The position numbers and the translations under genes were made by a program. DNA of 64,000 bases, from positions 32,560 through 96,559 of IMG/VR virus record IMGVR_UViG_3300012667_001143. One strand, written 5' to 3'. Below are positions 10,537-20,884 of the stretch, in pieces. This stretch comes from a virus. Its lineage: Duplodnaviria > Caudoviricetes. Every line of letters begins with the position of its first letter. Within the stretch, counting starts at the first letter, position 1. The notes under the pieces are model-generated. The model worked only from the letters and a program-made list of their open reading frames with translations, did no database searches and was not told the DNA's origin.

Positions 10537-12144
10537 TTATCCAATTATTGTCCATCCTTTTGATGTGGCTATTAGTCGATCAGTGGCAGTTAAGTTTGTT
10601 ACACCGATGTTGCCAGTTATTGTGATTGTAGCACCAGATGCTGCTGTTCCTAGATTATTAAATATTTTTACAATTTCAGGTGTTCCTAGATTACAGTTGA
10701 TATAAGATATCGTCTGAGTAGTACCAGATAAAGCTGCATCTGCTAGTGATCGACATGTGTTAAATATACTTGCATTATCAGCAGATGTTACAACAGCACT
10801 TACATTTAACGAAGGAACACTTTGTAATACGGTACACCCGTTGAACATAGAAGTCATAATTATAACATTTTGTGTATTGAACAATGGAACACTTTGTAGA
10901 GAATAGCAGCTTTGAAACATAGAAGTCATAATTGTGACATTTTGTGTATTAAACAGTGGTACGCTTTGTAGAGAAAAGCAGTTTAGAAACATAGCTTGCA
11001 TATTGGTAACACTTTGTGTATTAAACAGTGGTACGCTTTGTAATGCAAGACAAGCGTTGAACATAGAACTCATGTTCGTAACACTTTGTGTATTAAACAG
11101 TGGTACGCTTTGTAATGAACGGCAACCGTCAAATGTTTGACTCATGTTCGTAACACTTTGTGTATTAAACAGTGGTACGCTTTGTAGAGAATAGCAGTTA
11201 ACAAACATTTGACTCATACTAGTAACACTCTGTGTATTGAACAGAGGTACGCTTTGTAGAGGATAGCAGTTAACAAACATTTGACTCATACTAGTAACAT
11301 TCTGTGTATTGAACAGAGGTACGCTTTGTAGAGGATAGCAGTTATTAAACATACCACTCATATTAGTAACATTCTGTGTATTAAAAAGTGGAATGCTTTG
11401 TAGAGAATAGCAGTTTTGAAACATATAACTCATATTAGTAACACTCTGTGTATTAAAAAGTGGAATGCTTTGTAGAGAATAGCAGTTATTAAACATACCA
11501 CTCATATTAGTAACATTCTGTGTATTAAAAAGTGGAATGCTTTGTAGAGAATTGCAGTTTTGAAACATATAACTCATATTAGTAACATTTCCAACACTCT
11601 TAATCTCACATCGTTCCATAAGAGAAGGTGATATAATAGTATCACCGAATCTTAAAGATGTACAAGATGGTACGCTCATAACTATATCCAGTATTTTTGG
11701 TGTATAGTTTTGTGTAAATCCGCTATGTCTAACATTAAAAATCACACTTGTTAAATTACTACCAGATTGTGGTGTAATTGTAATAATAACTTGTCTACAG
11801 ATTTCGTTATTAATAACTGTTTCTGTGGATGGATCACATTCAGTAAATGTAAAATTACGTTCAGCTCTCACATTACTAGCATAGTTAGTAACAGTTCCTT
11901 GGCCCCAATCAACTGTATAGTTACCTTGCATTGTGAAGGCAACTGGATTGGATTCGTAATTACCAACAGCAAACAATACAACTATTTTTTGCTCGGTTGA
12001 TGTTACCGCTGGCATTGGTAGCCAATTTGAATCTCTCACCCACCCTTGTGAGTATACATTCTCAGTAGAACTACGACGAACACCATTTAGTATGCTTGCT
12101 ATAGTTCCAATGTTTTGTGTTCCTATTTTTAATTGAGTTGCCAT
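10537..12144 (-). CDS. DUF285/BspA-like LRR protein, putative receptor-binding
   Basis: Tandem 22-aa PLFNTQxVTNMSxMFxNCxxLQS repeats; N-terminus paralogous to 7061..9436. Confidence 0.8.
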   Translation of the reverse strand: MATQLKIGTQNIGTIASILNGVRRSSTENVYSQGWVRDSNWLPMPAVTSTEQKIVVLFAVGNYESNPVAFTMQGNYTVDWGQGTVTNYASNVRAERNFTFTECDPSTETVINNEICRQVIITITPQSGSNLTSVIFNVRHSGFTQNYTPKILDIVMSVPSCTSLRFGDTIISPSLMERCEIKSVGNVTNMSYMFQNCNSLQSIPLFNTQNVTNMSGMFNNCYSLQSIPLFNTQSVTNMSYMFQNCYSLQSIPLFNTQNVTNMSGMFNNCYPLQSVPLFNTQNVTSMSQMFVNCYPLQSVPLFNTQSVTSMSQMFVNCYSLQSVPLFNTQSVTNMSQTFDGCRSLQSVPLFNTQSVTNMSSMFNACLALQSVPLFNTQSVTNMQAMFLNCFSLQSVPLFNTQNVTIMTSMFQSCYSLQSVPLFNTQNVIIMTSMFNGCTVLQSVPSLNVSAVVTSADNASIFNTCRSLADAALSGTTQTISYINCNLGTPEIVKIFNNLGTAASGATITITGNIGVTNLTATDRLIATSKGWTIIG

Positions 12145-12145
12145 A

Positions 12146-14524
12146 TTATAGTATTATCCAGCCTACGCCGTCTGATTGAATCGTAAAACTTTCGTATTGT
12201 GTGTTTGAAGTCAATGTTGAAATACCGTCTATATTTTCACCAGCAGCAGCAGATACCGTAACGGTTCCAGTTGATACATTTTTAATGTTGTATAATCTCC
12301 CACCAGCTCCTATTGCTGTTGGAAGTGATAATGAAGCAGTTGTCGTAATTTTAAGTGTATAATCTTGCTCGGTTATCGTGTAATCTCCATTAATTGCTTT
12401 TATGGGGAATGATACTGGACCATATTGATCAGCATCTGTGATTATGTAAAAAGTCGATGCATCAGGCGTTAAAGAGTCATATTCAGCTTGAGTTACTTGA
12501 GCTATTTCAGATATATCGTCTGATACAATTACGGGTTTGGAATTTGAATAAATATCAGCGGCTGAAAGATTTCCACTAGCGCTGATATTACCTGATGCTG
12601 TTATATTCGTTAGAGAGATAGATCCACTTGTATCTCCCAACACACCATTTCCAATGGCTAGAACTCCTGCACTCAATCGGGTAATCCGTGTATCTATAGT
12701 GCCTGCATATACACTATCAGTGAAGGCTAACCCGCCACCAGAACCTACTCTAAACCCTAATGCAGGACCACCTACAGTTGTAGAATTGTTCCAACTCCAC
12801 TGCCCTGCTAAATTAGCGTTATTGTTGTTGTAAAATTGATGATTTCTTATGTTTATCGTTCCAGATGCAGTGATTCCTAAATCTCCCAATGAATTGTTTA
12901 AACTAGGAGCTTGCACGCCACTAATAGCGTTTAGATTGGTAGTATTAATATCTCCACTAGCGCTAATATTACCAGAAACTGTTAAACGTTCATTAGGTGT
13001 AGATGTACCAATGCCGACATTTCCAGCAACGATCAATCCATTTGTTGGAGCTGCTATGTTTGAGTAAGGTGTTCCAATCGATGTATTTCCGTGAACTGTT
13101 AATTTTGAAGCGGGATTTCCTATAACTGTGCCTACACCGATGTTTTGAGTTGGTTGAATTAAAAGATTTCCAGCTGCCCCTGTTCCAATATACAACGTGT
13201 TAAATGGATTCATGTGAGCAACACTTCTAGGTACTCCATTGTTATCTCTGACAGATATTGATCTATTATTATCTACAACAATTCCAGATGATGAACTAAT
13301 GCTGCCAGTAGCACTGATGCTACCCTGAACTATTAAATTTCCATTTATAGTTCCTCCAGTTGTATATAATATATTTTCTATTCCAGTGATGAATCCACTT
13401 GGATTTGAACTTGAATAAAACTGACCACTTTCACTAGCTAAAACATAGCTTCCAGTTGCGCTGTTTAGCGTAGAAATTTGTGCTTGCAAACCACCACTGA
13501 TACCAGTTACATCTTCAAAAGAAGCTATCGTATCTAAAACACTCAAATCGCTTGCTCTAGTTCCAATGCCAAATTTAAATTTATCAGAATGATCAAAGCC
13601 AATAATCGCGCCAGAATCATTTATTCCAGTTAATCCAGATCCAGTGACAAAGAAAATACCACCATCAACTGCTCCACCAGTTAAGTTGAGCATCAAGTAG
13701 TTACTTGCGACGTTTGTGTTTGTTGTGTTTACTATCGTTTCAACACCAGTAACATACAAACTATTGATATATACTTTATCGTGGAAAGTTTTATCTCCAA
13801 GGATTGTTTCTGCGCCAGTTGTATTTACATATCTGGATTCAGATTCTGTTTTCGTATAGTAGTTGCCAGAGAATGATAAATCAACTCCAGTAATATAACC
13901 TGAAGGATTAGTTATAGGGTAAAAAGAACCAGTTTGATTATTTAAAACAGTGATTTGATCTTGAAGATTGCCGCTCACTCCAGTCACGTAACCAGTTGGA
14001 GTATATCCACTTGGATTACTAGATGAATAAAACTGTCCTGTTTGGCTTTGCGTAATAAAGTTTCCAGTCTGAGACTTTAAAACATAATTGCCTGTTTGAT
14101 TATTTAAATCTAATATTTGGTTCTGTAAAGAACCACTAATGCCAGTTGTGTAAGAAAGCGTGGCATAGTTTGATAAATCAACTCCAGTGATGAATCCACT
14201 AGGATTCGACGCTGCGTAAAACGCACCCGTTTCGTCTTTAGCGACAAAAACACCAGTTTCATTTGGTCTAACAACTTGACCAGTAACCAAGTTCGCATAT
14301 TCGTCAGAGCTTAAATGATAAAATTGTCCAGAAACTCCTCCTTGTAAGCCTCCCAAAGAATTGTGAGACAATTCATCGCTGCCTCCACTGATATGAGTAA
14401 CTGAGTGGTTTATGACTCCTTCATTTAATGATATAGGATTTATATAAACGTTTTGATCCTGCTCTTCGACATTTAAATCAAAAGCAGGATCTGGCGTGAT
14501 GTTTATTGTAATTTGATCACTCAT
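12146..14524 (-). CDS. tail fibre-like protein
   Basis: NPSG(F/Y)ITG repeats, GNVGIGT motif, TQAEYDSL...TFYII motif. Confidence 0.75.
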   Translation of the reverse strand: MSDQITINITPDPAFDLNVEEQDQNVYINPISLNEGVINHSVTHISGGSDELSHNSLGGLQGGVSGQFYHLSSDEYANLVTGQVVRPNETGVFVAKDETGAFYAASNPSGFITGVDLSNYATLSYTTGISGSLQNQILDLNNQTGNYVLKSQTGNFITQSQTGQFYSSSNPSGYTPTGYVTGVSGNLQDQITVLNNQTGSFYPITNPSGYITGVDLSFSGNYYTKTESESRYVNTTGAETILGDKTFHDKVYINSLYVTGVETIVNTTNTNVASNYLMLNLTGGAVDGGIFFVTGSGLTGINDSGAIIGFDHSDKFKFGIGTRASDLSVLDTIASFEDVTGISGGLQAQISTLNSATGSYVLASESGQFYSSSNPSGFITGIENILYTTGGTINGNLIVQGSISATGSISSSSGIVVDNNRSISVRDNNGVPRSVAHMNPFNTLYIGTGAAGNLLIQPTQNIGVGTVIGNPASKLTVHGNTSIGTPYSNIAAPTNGLIVAGNVGIGTSTPNERLTVSGNISASGDINTTNLNAISGVQAPSLNNSLGDLGITASGTINIRNHQFYNNNNANLAGQWSWNNSTTVGGPALGFRVGSGGGLAFTDSVYAGTIDTRITRLSAGVLAIGNGVLGDTSGSISLTNITASGNISASGNLSAADIYSNSKPVIVSDDISEIAQVTQAEYDSLTPDASTFYIITDADQYGPVSFPIKAINGDYTITEQDYTLKITTTASLSLPTAIGAGGRLYNIKNVSTGTVTVSAAAGENIDGISTLTSNTQYESFTIQSDGVGWIIL
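12953..13028. repeat. 76-bp direct repeat, copy B
   Basis: 70/76 identical to 10041..10116. Confidence 0.9.
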
Positions 14525-14856
14525 AGATTAGTAACATTTTTGATTAAATAAACAGGTCCGTACATCAACTTGTCTGGGCATTCATTTTCTTTAACGGCAA
14601 AAAGATCCCAACTGCAAGGAGCAAGATCTATTGCGGTTCCTTGATTACCACTTAAACTGATTTTCGCTGTGCCGCTTGGAATGCTTAATACTTCAGTTTT
14701 AAAAGTTGCTTGGAGAGCGTCGTCAAAATCTCTTCTGATTTGACCTGTCAATGTAACACCACTTAAATTATAAGTAGATCCATTTCTTGTAATGTTCAAT
14801 GTCAAATTAAAACACTCTCCTTGTTCAATAGTTATACCTGTATAAGCAGCACTCAT
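14521..14856 (-). CDS. BppU N-terminal-like fibre attachment protein
   Basis: ITIEQGECFNLTL pattern; upstream of fibre; late motif upstream. Confidence 0.55.
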   Translation of the reverse strand: MSAAYTGITIEQGECFNLTLNITRNGSTYNLSGVTLTGQIRRDFDDALQATFKTEVLSIPSGTAKISLSGNQGTAIDLAPCSWDLFAVKENECPDKLMYGPVYLIKNVTNL

Positions 14857-14865
14857 CTCTTTTTA

Positions 14866-15273
14866 TTACACCCAATCAATCTCTTTGGGTAAATATTTAC
14901 ATGTCAACTCCTCGCCAATTGCTATGTTTTTTATAGCATGAAAAGTGTCTGTTTGTAAATCGTGATATAAATTTGGAGCATCGGAATGATTCACATAATA
15001 AGCGGGTCCGACTTTATTAATTGAGCAGTCGATCCAAAAACCATAATCATCATGATTGCAAACACTTTTAATGTGCTTGTATATATTAGCTTCAATTCCC
15101 TTCAGACTTTCCCAAGGAATGAATTCGTTTTTTTCTGGTCGAAAAACTATCTCATCTTTTTCAATAGGCGTTAAAGTAAAAACTCCAACTCCAGCATTTT
15201 CTATTTTGCTTGGAGCTAATTTTACAACAATGTCGTATAGTATTTCTTTTTCAATCTTCTGTTTTGATGTCAT
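14866..15273 (-). CDS. SET-domain lysine methyltransferase
   Basis: AGVGVF, YVNHSDAPN, IAIGEELTCKY. Confidence 0.88.
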   Translation of the reverse strand: MTSKQKIEKEILYDIVVKLAPSKIENAGVGVFTLTPIEKDEIVFRPEKNEFIPWESLKGIEANIYKHIKSVCNHDDYGFWIDCSINKVGPAYYVNHSDAPNLYHDLQTDTFHAIKNIAIGEELTCKYLPKEIDWV

Positions 15274-15889
15274 AACTAAATTCGGTCATGTAACTATAAT
15301 CTGTATACTGAATACTTTTATTTTCTACGCTATAGACGTTGGTGTCTATTTGGTATCCTGGGTTTTTTGATATAGGCTCATCAACCCAAGCATCATCGTG
15401 CCATATGATTCTATTGTTCGGGTATGCATAGAAATTACCATTGTCCATTTTAAACAAGTGAGCGCATTTATGTTCGGGGGTTTCTGAGAAATTGGTATCT
15501 AAGATAGATTTGTTTTCCCATCCCCAATCTAAAGTAAACATGTATTCGCCCCATTCTTTTTGATTGTCTCTATCAATCAACTGAGCTTTTAGTCCTGCCA
15601 TTCTCGTTCTAATTTGAACATCAACATATGGACTGAAACAATTCCAATACATGGCTTTTTCCAGTGGAACTGGATCACAAGGCTTCCAGCAAAAAGCTGT
15701 AATTGGTCGCCTAGTCCAATTGACACCATTCGTCAAAAATGCTTCAAATAAAGGAACTCTTTTCTCTATAGATGCGACACTATGAACATCGCAAGATGTA
15801 TATTCTCCATGCCCCTTCTTATGATTATATAAAAATTCATTGCGAATGAAACATGTTATAGTTGGTATATTATGATTTAAATATGGCAC
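15251..15889 (-). CDS. hypothetical protein
   Basis: 212-aa ORF, GTG start. Confidence 0.75.
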   Translation of the reverse strand: MPYLNHNIPTITCFIRNEFLYNHKKGHGEYTSCDVHSVASIEKRVPLFEAFLTNGVNWTRRPITAFCWKPCDPVPLEKAMYWNCFSPYVDVQIRTRMAGLKAQLIDRDNQKEWGEYMFTLDWGWENKSILDTNFSETPEHKCAHLFKMDNGNFYAYPNNRIIWHDDAWVDEPISKNPGYQIDTNVYSVENKSIQYTDYSYMTEFSYDIKTED

Positions 15890-15942
15890 AATAAATTTTA
15901 CCTAAAAAATAGAATTTAACCAGTGATTTATTAACATACTTC

Positions 15943-16428
15943 ATGATTCAGCTATATAAGCCTAATTCAAAAAATCTTGGTTGCGCATTCTCTTTTAATC
16001 TTGGAACAACTGGTCGTGATAAAGAGCCATGTGTTTATATGAATGCCATTATGCAGCATTCTTGGAACGATAAAACAAAGAACGGCTCGTTTTCAGAAAA
16101 CGTAAAAAATCCAGATAAAACAATTATCGTAAAGCTCAATGAGTTTGAGCTTGGTGGATTTATTAATGCAATTGAAAACTATGGAGAATATAACGCATTT
16201 CATAGTTTCGAAGAAAATAAAACATCAATCCAATTCAAGCCATATACCAAGGCAAACGGTGCGAAAGCATTCTCACTGACTGTTACAAAAAACTCAGCTC
16301 TTAAATTCGGCATTGGATTGGAGATTGGAGAAGCTTATGCGATAAGAGAGTTCTTCAAAATGGTTCTCGCAAAGACTTTTCAATTCCGCATTTCGAATGC
16401 TTTCAACAGTGGCAAGTCAAATGAATAA
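15943..16428 (+). CDS. hypothetical protein
   Basis: 161-aa ORF heading a + strand operon. Confidence 0.7.
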   Translation: MIQLYKPNSKNLGCAFSFNLGTTGRDKEPCVYMNAIMQHSWNDKTKNGSFSENVKNPDKTIIVKLNEFELGGFINAIENYGEYNAFHSFEENKTSIQFKPYTKANGAKAFSLTVTKNSALKFGIGLEIGEAYAIREFFKMVLAKTFQFRISNAFNSGKSNE

Positions 16429-18304
16429 AAAAACAGTACTCATTCACAGCAATTTTTGCAAAGCTTTTACTGGTTTTGGAAAGAATAAGAAGAATATTCT
16501 TCGTTATCTATTCAAGACTGGAAAGTATAATATTGTTGAACTGGCAAATGGTCGCCATTGGAATGATCCAGAGCTTCAGCAAATGCCGTGGAAGTGCGCA
16601 GGATCTCTTCCAGACGCTCAAACGCTCTCTTCCTTAAGAGATGCAGCGGCACAGCGAAGCGCTGCCTACGGAGCCTACATGATCGATAATGCGATCAAGG
16701 AGTTTAAGCCTGATGTTTATATTGGCATCGAAGATATTTGGGCTTTTGATGGATTCGCTGAAAAGCCATGGTGGAATAAAATTAATTCCATGATTTGGAC
16801 TACCCTCGATAGCTTGCCAATTTTGCAGAGTGCTATTGATGCGGCACCAAAAGTAGACAACTATTATGTATGGGCTTCATTTGCGGAAAAAGCAATGAAG
16901 AAGATTGGTTACGATCACGTTAAAACTCTTCGTGGAAGCGTTGATGCAAATCAATTTTATCGTTTGAGCGATGAAGAAAGAAAGTCTTTAAGACAAAGAT
17001 TCAATTTGAGCGATGAATTTATCGTTGGCTTTGTTTTTAGAAATCAGCTTCGCAAAAGCGTTCCAAACATGCTTGAGGGATTCAAGAAGTTTAAAAAGGA
17101 AAACCCAAAAGCAAAACTTCTTCTTCACACTCATTGGTCAGAAGGATGGAATATCCCAGATTTATTAAAAGAAAAAGAAATCAATCCATCAGATATTCTA
17201 ACAACTTATTTCTGTCACAAATGCAAGCAGTATGAAATCAAGTCATTTTCTGGACAAGAATTAAATTGTTCATATTGCAATAGCTCAAAATCAGTCAATA
17301 CAACCAACATTAATCACGGAGTAAATGAAAACCAACTTAACGAAATCTATAATCTTATGGACGTTTATTGTCACCCTTTCACTAGCGGTGGTCAAGAAAT
17401 ACCCATCCAAGAAGCAAAGCTCACGGAATTAATAACTTTAGTCACAAGTTATTCGTGCGGAGAAGATTACTGCACACAAGAAAGCGGCGGATTTGATCTT
17501 AACTGGAATGAGTATAGAGAACCAGGTACTCAATTTATTAAAGCTTCTACATGCGCAGACGATATTGCTTTAAAGTTGAAAATGGTGAGTGATATGTCTC
17601 ATGAAGAAAGATCGTCTTTGGGGCAGATTGCTAGACAATTCGTTGTTGATAACTGCTCTATTGAGGCTATCGGCAAGCAGCTTGAAGAGATTATTGATTC
17701 AATGCCTTTTGTGGATCATGATTCAATTCCAAATGAAGCACAGGTAAATCCAGAATACCAAATTAATACAACTCTTTCTTTAGACGATTTTATCGTTGAC
17801 TGCTACAAAGGATTCTTAAATGAAAGAATAGACAAGAACAGTACTATTTTTAAACAATGGAAGAATATGTTCTCTAGTGGAACAGAACACTCCAAACTAA
17901 TTGAGCATCTTAAAAATACAACATCTGCAAAAAACAAAAAACCATTAGACTTTAGTGAAGTCTTGGATAAAGATGACGAAGGAAAAAGAATTGCGGTAGT
18001 CATTCCTCAATCAGAAACCGATGTGTTGTTGATTAATGGTTTGATGAGAGGTTTGAAAAAACAATATCCAAAGCATAATATTTATGTAATCACCCAGCCG
18101 AAATATTTTGAATATATTGAAGACAATGTTAATATCCATAAATGTATTCCCTATGCCGAAAGCATCGACAATGCTTTCATATTAGAGGGAGCTGGAGAAC
18201 ACAAAGGCTATTTTGACTTGGCGTTTTTCCCAAATACAACAACTCAAAAAACAATAACTTACGTCCACAACGGAAAAGACAAAATTCAATTTTCACTACA
18301 ATGA
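16421..18304 (+). CDS. GT4-like glycosyltransferase with zinc ribbon and extra C-terminal domain
   Basis: TGFG, RNQLRK, YNLMDVYCHP..GGQEIPIQEA; two CxxC. Confidence 0.8.
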   Translation: MNKKTVLIHSNFCKAFTGFGKNKKNILRYLFKTGKYNIVELANGRHWNDPELQQMPWKCAGSLPDAQTLSSLRDAAAQRSAAYGAYMIDNAIKEFKPDVYIGIEDIWAFDGFAEKPWWNKINSMIWTTLDSLPILQSAIDAAPKVDNYYVWASFAEKAMKKIGYDHVKTLRGSVDANQFYRLSDEERKSLRQRFNLSDEFIVGFVFRNQLRKSVPNMLEGFKKFKKENPKAKLLLHTHWSEGWNIPDLLKEKEINPSDILTTYFCHKCKQYEIKSFSGQELNCSYCNSSKSVNTTNINHGVNENQLNEIYNLMDVYCHPFTSGGQEIPIQEAKLTELITLVTSYSCGEDYCTQESGGFDLNWNEYREPGTQFIKASTCADDIALKLKMVSDMSHEERSSLGQIARQFVVDNCSIEAIGKQLEEIIDSMPFVDHDSIPNEAQVNPEYQINTTLSLDDFIVDCYKGFLNERIDKNSTIFKQWKNMFSSGTEHSKLIEHLKNTTSAKNKKPLDFSEVLDKDDEGKRIAVVIPQSETDVLLINGLMRGLKKQYPKHNIYVITQPKYFEYIEDNVNIHKCIPYAESIDNAFILEGAGEHKGYFDLAFFPNTTTQKTITYVHNGKDKIQFSLQ

Positions 18305-19464
18305 GCCATTTAATCGAAGAGTATTCTAAGAATTTAGGAGTTAAAATATCGAAGCCTCTTGTGTCCAAACATTTTTGGCCAATGGTTCCAGATAAATATG
18401 TTACTATTTGTGCAGACTCGCAAATTCCTTCTAAAAATTACAAGCACTATAATCTTGTTATTAATTTAATTAAAGAGTCTCTTGCGAAGAGAGGCATTAA
18501 AATAATTCAAATAGGAACATCCAGCAGTTTGAATCTGCAAAATGTAGATCAGCAGTTGTTTGATTTGCCATTTAAAAACATGGCTTATATTATTTCAAAA
18601 TCAATGCTTCATATTGGCGTTGACAATGTTTTTTCTCATTATGCCAGCTCGATTGAAACTCCAATGGTAACTATCTTTGGCAATGTTTACGAAACTGTGG
18701 CAAATGGATATTGGAGCAAAAATCAAATCAAGATAGAAGCTCCGTGGAAAGTAAAGCCATGTTTAAGCGCAAACGATTCGGAAGACACAATCAATAAAAT
18801 CAATCCAGAAGAAATAGCAAAAAAAATACTCGATCAATTAAAAATTCAAAACAAGATCAATATAAAAACAAAATTCATCGGTCGGTTTTACGACAATCAA
18901 GTGATTGAGCTTGTTCCAGATTTCTTTTCGCCAATCGAAAAGATTAGAAATCAGCATGTATTCATTCGCCCCGATTATGGCTTTGACGAACCAAGCTTTA
19001 TGAATTGGTGCAATTATCTGCAAAGTTATTCCATATTCGCGAATAAAGAATTAGATCTTCAGTTTTGCAGTCACTTTGCTTCAAAAATAAAAAACATTTC
19101 TTATATTTTGCATAAAGATTCGGCGGTGAGCTTGGATCATTTAGAAAAAATTCAAAACCTAAATATAGGAATCACTATCCTCTGCGAAAAAGAAGAGGAT
19201 CTTCCAGAAATGAGAGAAAGGTATTTTGATTTTAGTGTCCATCTTTATTACAAGCCAAATAAAAAAATACTCGGAGACGATATAAAATTCGATAATTTGT
19301 TTTTTAATTCCTCGAAAATCATTCTTTCTAAGGGAAATCAATACTCTTCTAAATACCATTTTCTTAATCAACAAAAAGATGTTGACAAAAACTTTAATTT
19401 AGAAGATAATGATGTCTTATTGGAAGAATTAGAACATTTTTATATTTATGAGCGAACAAAATAA
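18301..19464 (+). CDS. GT9-like glycosyltransferase
   Basis: KNYKHY, IIQIG, LHIGVDN...H.A, VTIFG. Confidence 0.65.
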   Translation: MSHLIEEYSKNLGVKISKPLVSKHFWPMVPDKYVTICADSQIPSKNYKHYNLVINLIKESLAKRGIKIIQIGTSSSLNLQNVDQQLFDLPFKNMAYIISKSMLHIGVDNVFSHYASSIETPMVTIFGNVYETVANGYWSKNQIKIEAPWKVKPCLSANDSEDTINKINPEEIAKKILDQLKIQNKINIKTKFIGRFYDNQVIELVPDFFSPIEKIRNQHVFIRPDYGFDEPSFMNWCNYLQSYSIFANKELDLQFCSHFASKIKNISYILHKDSAVSLDHLEKIQNLNIGITILCEKEEDLPEMRERYFDFSVHLYYKPNKKILGDDIKFDNLFFNSSKIILSKGNQYSSKYHFLNQQKDVDKNFNLEDNDVLLEELEHFYIYERTK

Positions 19465-20290
19465 TCAAGAAGAAGCCGATCCACAGGTCGAAGATTCGAG
19501 CGAAACACTGAAGCCTTATCAAAAGTATCGTCGAAACGATATCGGCTTAATTGATTCTGTGAATTACGTATTCAATGATGATGGTTCTGTTGATTGGAGA
19601 GCTATGATCAAGCCAGAGTTTCTTTACCCTAACAAAGATTGGTTCGAGCTTCGTAAGCTTGCCGTTCCAGCTTCTATAGAGGGTCTAGAAGACAAGCAGC
19701 TCCTAATCATGCTTGGTGGTATTAAAGAACTCGCAAAGCTCCGTGGCTTTCATTCTGTAAGCTACGATGTTCGCAACGAGCGTGAAAATTATGTTACTGC
19801 AAAATGCACAATTGAATGGATCGGTAATTATGAATCAGATCGCAAAATAGTTGTTTATGAAGACGTAGCGAATGCCACAGCATCAAATACAGATGATTTC
19901 TGCTTGAAGTTCTTGGAGAGTATTGCCTGCAATCGTGCATTTGTTCGATGCGTTAGAAACTTCTTGAATATCCATATTGTCGGAGCTGATGAAATTGATA
20001 AGTCAAAGAATCGCGTTGCTGAACCTATTGAAACTATTACGTCAAACGCTCTTCCTATTTCAGCACAGGGAACTCTTGAAAAAGCTGTTCATGAAAAGCT
20101 TAAGCTTGCAGATTTCGAAGCTTTTAAAGTTTACCTCAGAACCTTATGGAAGAAGGCTCAAGAAACAGAAGATTCTTCGACCTTGGCTCTTCTTCAAGAA
20201 GCTAAAGATTGGAAGCAATTCAAGGATGTGTCGGCAAAATCAGCTCGCGTATTGTTGAAGATTGTAAATGAAAATACAAAGGATAACTAA
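19448..20290 (+). CDS. putative ssDNA-annealing protein
   Basis: GGIKELA and IACNRAFVRCVR patterns. Confidence 0.45.
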   Translation: MSEQNNQEEADPQVEDSSETLKPYQKYRRNDIGLIDSVNYVFNDDGSVDWRAMIKPEFLYPNKDWFELRKLAVPASIEGLEDKQLLIMLGGIKELAKLRGFHSVSYDVRNERENYVTAKCTIEWIGNYESDRKIVVYEDVANATASNTDDFCLKFLESIACNRAFVRCVRNFLNIHIVGADEIDKSKNRVAEPIETITSNALPISAQGTLEKAVHEKLKLADFEAFKVYLRTLWKKAQETEDSSTLALLQEAKDWKQFKDVSAKSARVLLKIVNENTKDN

Positions 20291-20726
20291 TCCTACGGAT
20301 TTTTGTAGGTTAATCGATGACTTGAGTGAGTTGTTCTCAGAAGAGGATTCTCACTCAGGTCACACCCTGCTTCGTCACAATGCAGAAACAATCAAAGCCT
20401 CTTTTGGTCATGCTCAATTATTGAATTGGGATTTGTTTGTTTGGGCTTGCGAGAACGGTGGTAAATTCGACTCAGCTATTATGTTCTTTAATGAAAAGTC
20501 TCCAAAGTTTGGGGCGAGAATCTTTTCAGAATTTTTATGGTTATCAAAGAATCCAAAAGCTGGATATAAACTCTTTAGCGCTGCTGTAAAATTCGCTAGA
20601 CAAAATAAGTTCGATTATATAAGCATGTCAACGGTGACATCTCATCCTAAGCACGAAAAAATTAAATCATTCTATCAAAAAATGGGGTTTTTAAAAGACT
20701 CCGAAACTTACATATCAAAACTATGA
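20268..20726 (+). CDS. GNAT-like protein
   Basis: AGYKLF..A..FA and FYQKMGF. Confidence 0.6.
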   Translation: MKIQRITNPTDFCRLIDDLSELFSEEDSHSGHTLLRHNAETIKASFGHAQLLNWDLFVWACENGGKFDSAIMFFNEKSPKFGARIFSEFLWLSKNPKAGYKLFSAAVKFARQNKFDYISMSTVTSHPKHEKIKSFYQKMGFLKDSETYISKL

Positions 20727-20884
20727 ACCAAAGAAAAGCAAAAGAAATTAGATCAATTATTAATCCATCAGATCCTATCGGCAAGAGAAACTATCGTAGA
20801 GCTAAAAAGCGCTACGCTAAGTTATCGGCAGATGCAAAGCCTTTGTTTATTAAGTATCTTCGAGACATGATGAATCCATCATAA
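20723..20884 (+). CDS. 53-aa basic protein (not in ORF track)
   Basis: ATGA overlap; MNQRKAKEIR... Confidence 0.55.
   Translation: MNQRKAKEIRSIINPSDPIGKRNYRRAKKRYAKLSADAKPLFIKYLRDMMNPS

Noticed and set aside
7665-11140. + strand ORFs 7665..8468, 8562..8936, 10934..11140
   Set aside because: Antisense shadows of LRR repeats
7800-11590. Periodic repeats as CRISPR array or DGR
   Set aside because: In-frame coding repeats without spacers; no cas or reverse transcriptase in window
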